Shown here one piece after another: positions 61,147 to 64,000 of a stretch of DNA of 64,000 nucleotides. The stretch covers positions 4,580 through 68,579 of the forward strand of contig CAIXNB010000231.1 in the NCBI GenBank assembly GCA_903920695.1, given 5' to 3'. The notes under the pieces were generated by a model. That model did no database searches. It was not told where the DNA came from and saw nothing but the letters and a program-made list of their open reading frames with translations. The position numbers were made by a program, and so were the translations under genes. Source of the DNA: an uncultured beta proteobacterium (GTDB lineage Bacteria; Pseudomonadota; Gammaproteobacteria; Burkholderiales; Burkholderiaceae_C). Numbering within the stretch: the stretch's first letter is position 1; the number at the start of each line of letters is the position of its first letter.

Positions 61147-61998
61147 ATGGTTGAACGCAGTCCGTTTCTGACTTTCCTGGCCCATGCCGTGATGATTTTG
61201 GGCGTCATCGTCGTCGCTTTTCCGATCTACCTGGCTTTTGTTGCATCAACACATACGGCGCAGGAAATCGTGCAGGCACCGATGCCCTTGCTGCCAGGCA
61301 GCAATTTTTGGGCAACCTACGAAAAGGCATTGTTCGGTGGTGGCTACGGCGCCGGGTCCAGAGCACCGGTTTTGCACATGATGCAGGTCAGTCTGATTAC
61401 AGCCTTGGTCATCACCTTTGGCAAGATTGCCATCTCGCTGCTGTCGGCTTTTGCGATTGTCTATTTCCGCTTTCCATTCAAGAACTTCTTCTTCTGGGCG
61501 ATTTTTGTGACGCTCATGTTGCCGGTTGAGGTGCGCATCGGGCCGACCTACAAAGTGGTCTCGGATCTCGGCATGCTCAACACCTATGCCGGACTCACCG
61601 TTCCGCTGATCGCCTCGGCAACGGCGACCTTTCTGTTTCGCCAATTTTTCATGTCGGTGCCCGACGAATTGGCGGAAGCCGCGCGCATGGACGGCGCCAG
61701 TCCAATGCGTTTCTTCATTGACATCCTGCTGCCGCTGTCCAAGACCTCGATTGCCGCGCTGTTTGTGATTCAGTTCATCTATGGCTGGAACCAGTACCTT
61801 TGGCCACTGCTGGCCACGACATCAGAGAGCATGTACCCGGTAGTGGTGGGTATCAAAATGATGGTCGCTGGCGGCGATTCGCAAAACGAGTGGAACGTGG
61901 TCATGGCCACCGCGTTACTCGCCATGCTGCCCCCGGCTATGGTCGTCATCCTGATGCAAAAATGGTTTGTCAAAGGACTGGTGGACACTGAAAAGTAA
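61147..61998 (+). CDS. ugpE: sn-glycerol-3-phosphate ABC transporter permease
   Basis: ATG at 61147 (MVERSPFLTFLAHAVMILG). EAA loop LAEAARMDGASPMRFFIDILLPL. The track start at 61099 is an extension. Confidence 0.9.
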   Translation: MVERSPFLTFLAHAVMILGVIVVAFPIYLAFVASTHTAQEIVQAPMPLLPGSNFWATYEKALFGGGYGAGSRAPVLHMMQVSLITALVITFGKIAISLLSAFAIVYFRFPFKNFFFWAIFVTLMLPVEVRIGPTYKVVSDLGMLNTYAGLTVPLIASATATFLFRQFFMSVPDELAEAARMDGASPMRFFIDILLPLSKTSIAALFVIQFIYGWNQYLWPLLATTSESMYPVVVGIKMMVAGGDSQNEWNVVMATALLAMLPPAMVVILMQKWFVKGLVDTEK

Positions 61999-62007
61999 TA
62001 TGTTTGC

Positions 62008-62049
62008 GGGACAGACCGAAGCGAAGCGGAGCTCTGTCGCCAACTGATT
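62008..62049 (+). repeat. intercistronic hairpin element, copy B (GGGACAGACC-N13-GCTCTGTCGCCAACTGATT)
   Basis: Same arms and 3' tail as the element at 8153-8207 (10/10 and 18/19 identical). It ends ~6 nt before the ugpC ATG. Confidence 0.6.
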
Positions 62050-62055
62050 AATACT

Positions 62056-63096
62056 ATGGCCTCAATAACACTTAAAAACGTCGTCAAACGCTATGGAACT
62101 GGCAAGACCGCCAATCAGGTAATCAACGGCGTCACCGCCGACATCCTGACCGGCGAGTTCGTCGTCATCGTCGGTCCATCTGGCTGCGGCAAATCCACGT
62201 TGCTGCGCATGGTTGCCGGTCTGGAGGAGATCAGTAGCGGCGAAATTTCAATTGGCGGGCGCGTCGTCAATAACCTCGAACCCTCCGAGCGCGACATCGC
62301 CATGGTGTTCCAGAACTACGCCCTGTACCCGCACATGAGCGTGTTTGAGAACATGGCCTACGGACTCAAGATCGCCAAGGTGCCACTGGAAGAGATCAAG
62401 GCCCGTGTCGATAAGGCGGCAAAGATACTCGAACTCGGTCCTTTCCTGAATCGCAAGCCGCGCGAACTCTCGGGTGGCCAGCGCCAGCGCGTCGCCATGG
62501 GCCGCGCCATCGTGCGCCATCCAAAAGTGTTCCTGTTCGACGAGCCCCTCTCCAACCTCGACGCCAAGCTGCGCGCGCAGACCCGCATCGAGATTCAGAA
62601 ACTGCACCGCGAGTTGGGCATCACCTCACTTTTTGTGACGCACGATCAGGTCGAGGCCATGACGCTGGCGCAGCGCATGATCGTCATCAACTTGGGCGCA
62701 ATGGAGCAATTTGGCACGCCCGAGGAGGTGTACAACCGGCCCGCTACCACCTTCGTTGCCAGCTTTATTGGCTCCCCACCGATGAACCTGCTGAAGAACG
62801 CACCGGGTGCCAAACCTGGCATCATCACTGGCGTGCGCCCGGAGCACCTGGACATCACAGAGAGCGGCTGGGCGCTGCGCGTCGAAACGGTCGAAATGCT
62901 GGGTGCCGAGCGCCTGGTCTATGGCCGTTGGACACACGGCAGTGGCGACGAACTGGTGATTCTGCGCACCGAAGAAGGCCATTTTGTACCGGCTATTGGC
63001 AGCACCATCCACGTCACACCGCGCGCCGACAAAATTCATTACTTTGACGCTGGCACCGGAAAACGCCTGGAAGCCAATCCGCTTGAGAAGCAATGA
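62056..63096 (+). CDS. ugpC: sn-glycerol-3-phosphate ABC transporter ATP-binding protein
   Basis: Walker [13 protein letters not shown] signature LSGGQRQR, Walker [13 protein letters not shown], and a MalK-like C-terminal regulatory domain. Confidence 0.9.
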   Translation: MASITLKNVVKRYGTGKTANQVINGVTADILTGEFVVIVGPSGCGKSTLLRMVAGLEEISSGEISIGGRVVNNLEPSERDIAMVFQNYALYPHMSVFENMAYGLKIAKVPLEEIKARVDKAAKILELGPFLNRKPRELSGGQRQRVAMGRAIVRHPKVFLFDEPLSNLDAKLRAQTRIEIQKLHRELGITSLFVTHDQVEAMTLAQRMIVINLGAMEQFGTPEEVYNRPATTFVASFIGSPPMNLLKNAPGAKPGIITGVRPEHLDITESGWALRVETVEMLGAERLVYGRWTHGSGDELVILRTEEGHFVPAIGSTIHVTPRADKIHYFDAGTGKRLEANPLEKQ

Positions 63097-63857
63097 CACC
63101 ACCCCCCTGGCCCTACCCACGCTGGATCGCGCACCGCGGCGCGGGCAATCTGGCCCCTGAAAACACACTGGCAGCGTTTCGCCTCGGTGCCAGCCATGGT
63201 TACCGCATGTTCGAATGCGACGTCAAGCTCAGTGCCGATGGTGTCCCGTTCCTGATGCATGACGCCACGCTGCAACGCACCACCGATGGTCCGGCGCGTC
63301 TGGGTATCAAGGCCAGCCCAGTCGGCGGCGATCATCCCTGGGGCGTGCTGTCGCAACTCGATGCCGGTAGCTGGCACTCTCGCAGCTACGCCGGGGAACC
63401 ATTGCCAAGTTTTGAGGCCATCGCGCACTACTGCCTTCACAACGGCTACTTCCTGAACATCGAAATCAAACCCACACCGGGGCTGGAACGCCAGACTGGC
63501 GAGGTCGTGGCGCGCCACGCGGCCCGGCTCTGGCAGGGCGCTGCTGTGCCGCCCCTGCTCACATCGTTCAAGCCCGAAGCCCTGGCAGCAGCGCGCGACG
63601 CCCAGCCCGAATTGCCGCGCGGCCTGCTGTTGAAATCGCTGCCAAAGGGCTGGCTGGAAACTGCCGTCGAACTAGAATGTGTCGCCATTGTCTGCAACCA
63701 AGCCCTGTGGGATCCAGCCAGCGTTGCGCAAGCCAAAAACGCCAGGCTGCGCACCCTGAGCTACACCGTCAACGACGAATGGGCGGCCCAGCGTCTGCTC
63801 GACCTCGGCACTGACGCCATCATCACCGACAGAGTGGACCTGTTCGCCCCAACCTGA
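63093..63857 (+). CDS. ugpQ: glycerophosphodiester phosphodiesterase
   Basis: GDPD motifs ([38 protein letters not shown]). ATGA overlap with ugpC. Confidence 0.85.
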   Translation: MTPPPWPYPRWIAHRGAGNLAPENTLAAFRLGASHGYRMFECDVKLSADGVPFLMHDATLQRTTDGPARLGIKASPVGGDHPWGVLSQLDAGSWHSRSYAGEPLPSFEAIAHYCLHNGYFLNIEIKPTPGLERQTGEVVARHAARLWQGAAVPPLLTSFKPEALAAARDAQPELPRGLLLKSLPKGWLETAVELECVAIVCNQALWDPASVAQAKNARLRTLSYTVNDEWAAQRLLDLGTDAIITDRVDLFAPT

Positions 63858-63905
63858 GCTTTGCTTTTGCTATGATTTTGGTCCCATCGTGAAGGACTGA
63901 TCAAC

Positions 63906-64000
63906 ATGGCGCTGAAGCTGAAACACATTGGCCTGGCATGGGCCGTCTGCACCTTTTTCTTTGTTGGCACGGCCCAATCGGCTGAGCCCAAGGTGCTCAA
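63906..64000 (+). CDS. 5' fragment of a secreted protein gene (continues beyond the window)
   Basis: The ATG at 63906 opens MALKLKHIGLAWAVCTFFFVGTAQSAEPKVL, a plausible Sec signal peptide with an AQS-A cleavage site. Only 31 codons are visible. Confidence 0.3.
   Translation, partial: MALKLKHIGLAWAVCTFFFVGTAQSAEPKVL

Overview
A GC-rich (roughly 60%+) chromosomal segment. Its gene order (gyrA-serC-pheA-tyrA-aroA/cmk-rpsA-ihfB-lapAB-hldA-hldD; aspS-nudB; ubiE-Tim44-ubiJ-ubiB) is typical of Burkholderiales/Comamonadaceae-like Betaproteobacteria; that assignment is inference only. Coding density is very high. About 50 protein genes can be supported. I saw no rRNA, tRNA, CRISPR array, transposase or integrase.

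The core housekeeping blocks are interrupted by accessory-looking modules:
- A 14.5-kb, translationally coupled operon on the minus strand (23727-38189). It encodes a 3,087-aa two-partner-secretion exoprotein (TpsA), a secreted tandem FecR-domain protein, a ShlB/FhaC-type TpsB transporter, and a CHASE2-sensor class III adenylate/guanylate cyclase.
- A 1,296-aa DUF3683/FAD-oxidase/Fe-S/CCG fusion protein.
- An arcDABC arginine deiminase operon next to a decayed SDR pseudogene.
- A glpA-glpB operon whose GlpC function appears replaced by a NarI/DsrM-like membrane ferredoxin plus a separate HdrB-like CCG protein. It faces a divergent ugpBAECQ glycerol-3-phosphate uptake operon.

The most interesting signal is the TPS-FecR-CHASE2-cyclase operon. 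It looks like an uncharacterised trans-envelope signalling device. Its giant exoprotein carries about 19-20 unassigned 'GAVTW...NSLVG...NGN' repeats, an in-frame (GCACCA)n microsatellite and near-identical 261-bp MBG repeats.

Smaller observations: a conserved hairpin element placed just upstream of two unrelated start codons, an FNR-like box upstream of glpA, REP-like palindromes, and an intrinsic terminator abutting the nudB start codon.

CDS coordinates follow the supplied ORF track, with starts re-chosen where an internal ATG fits better. Short motif coordinates were counted by eye and may be off by 1-2 nt.
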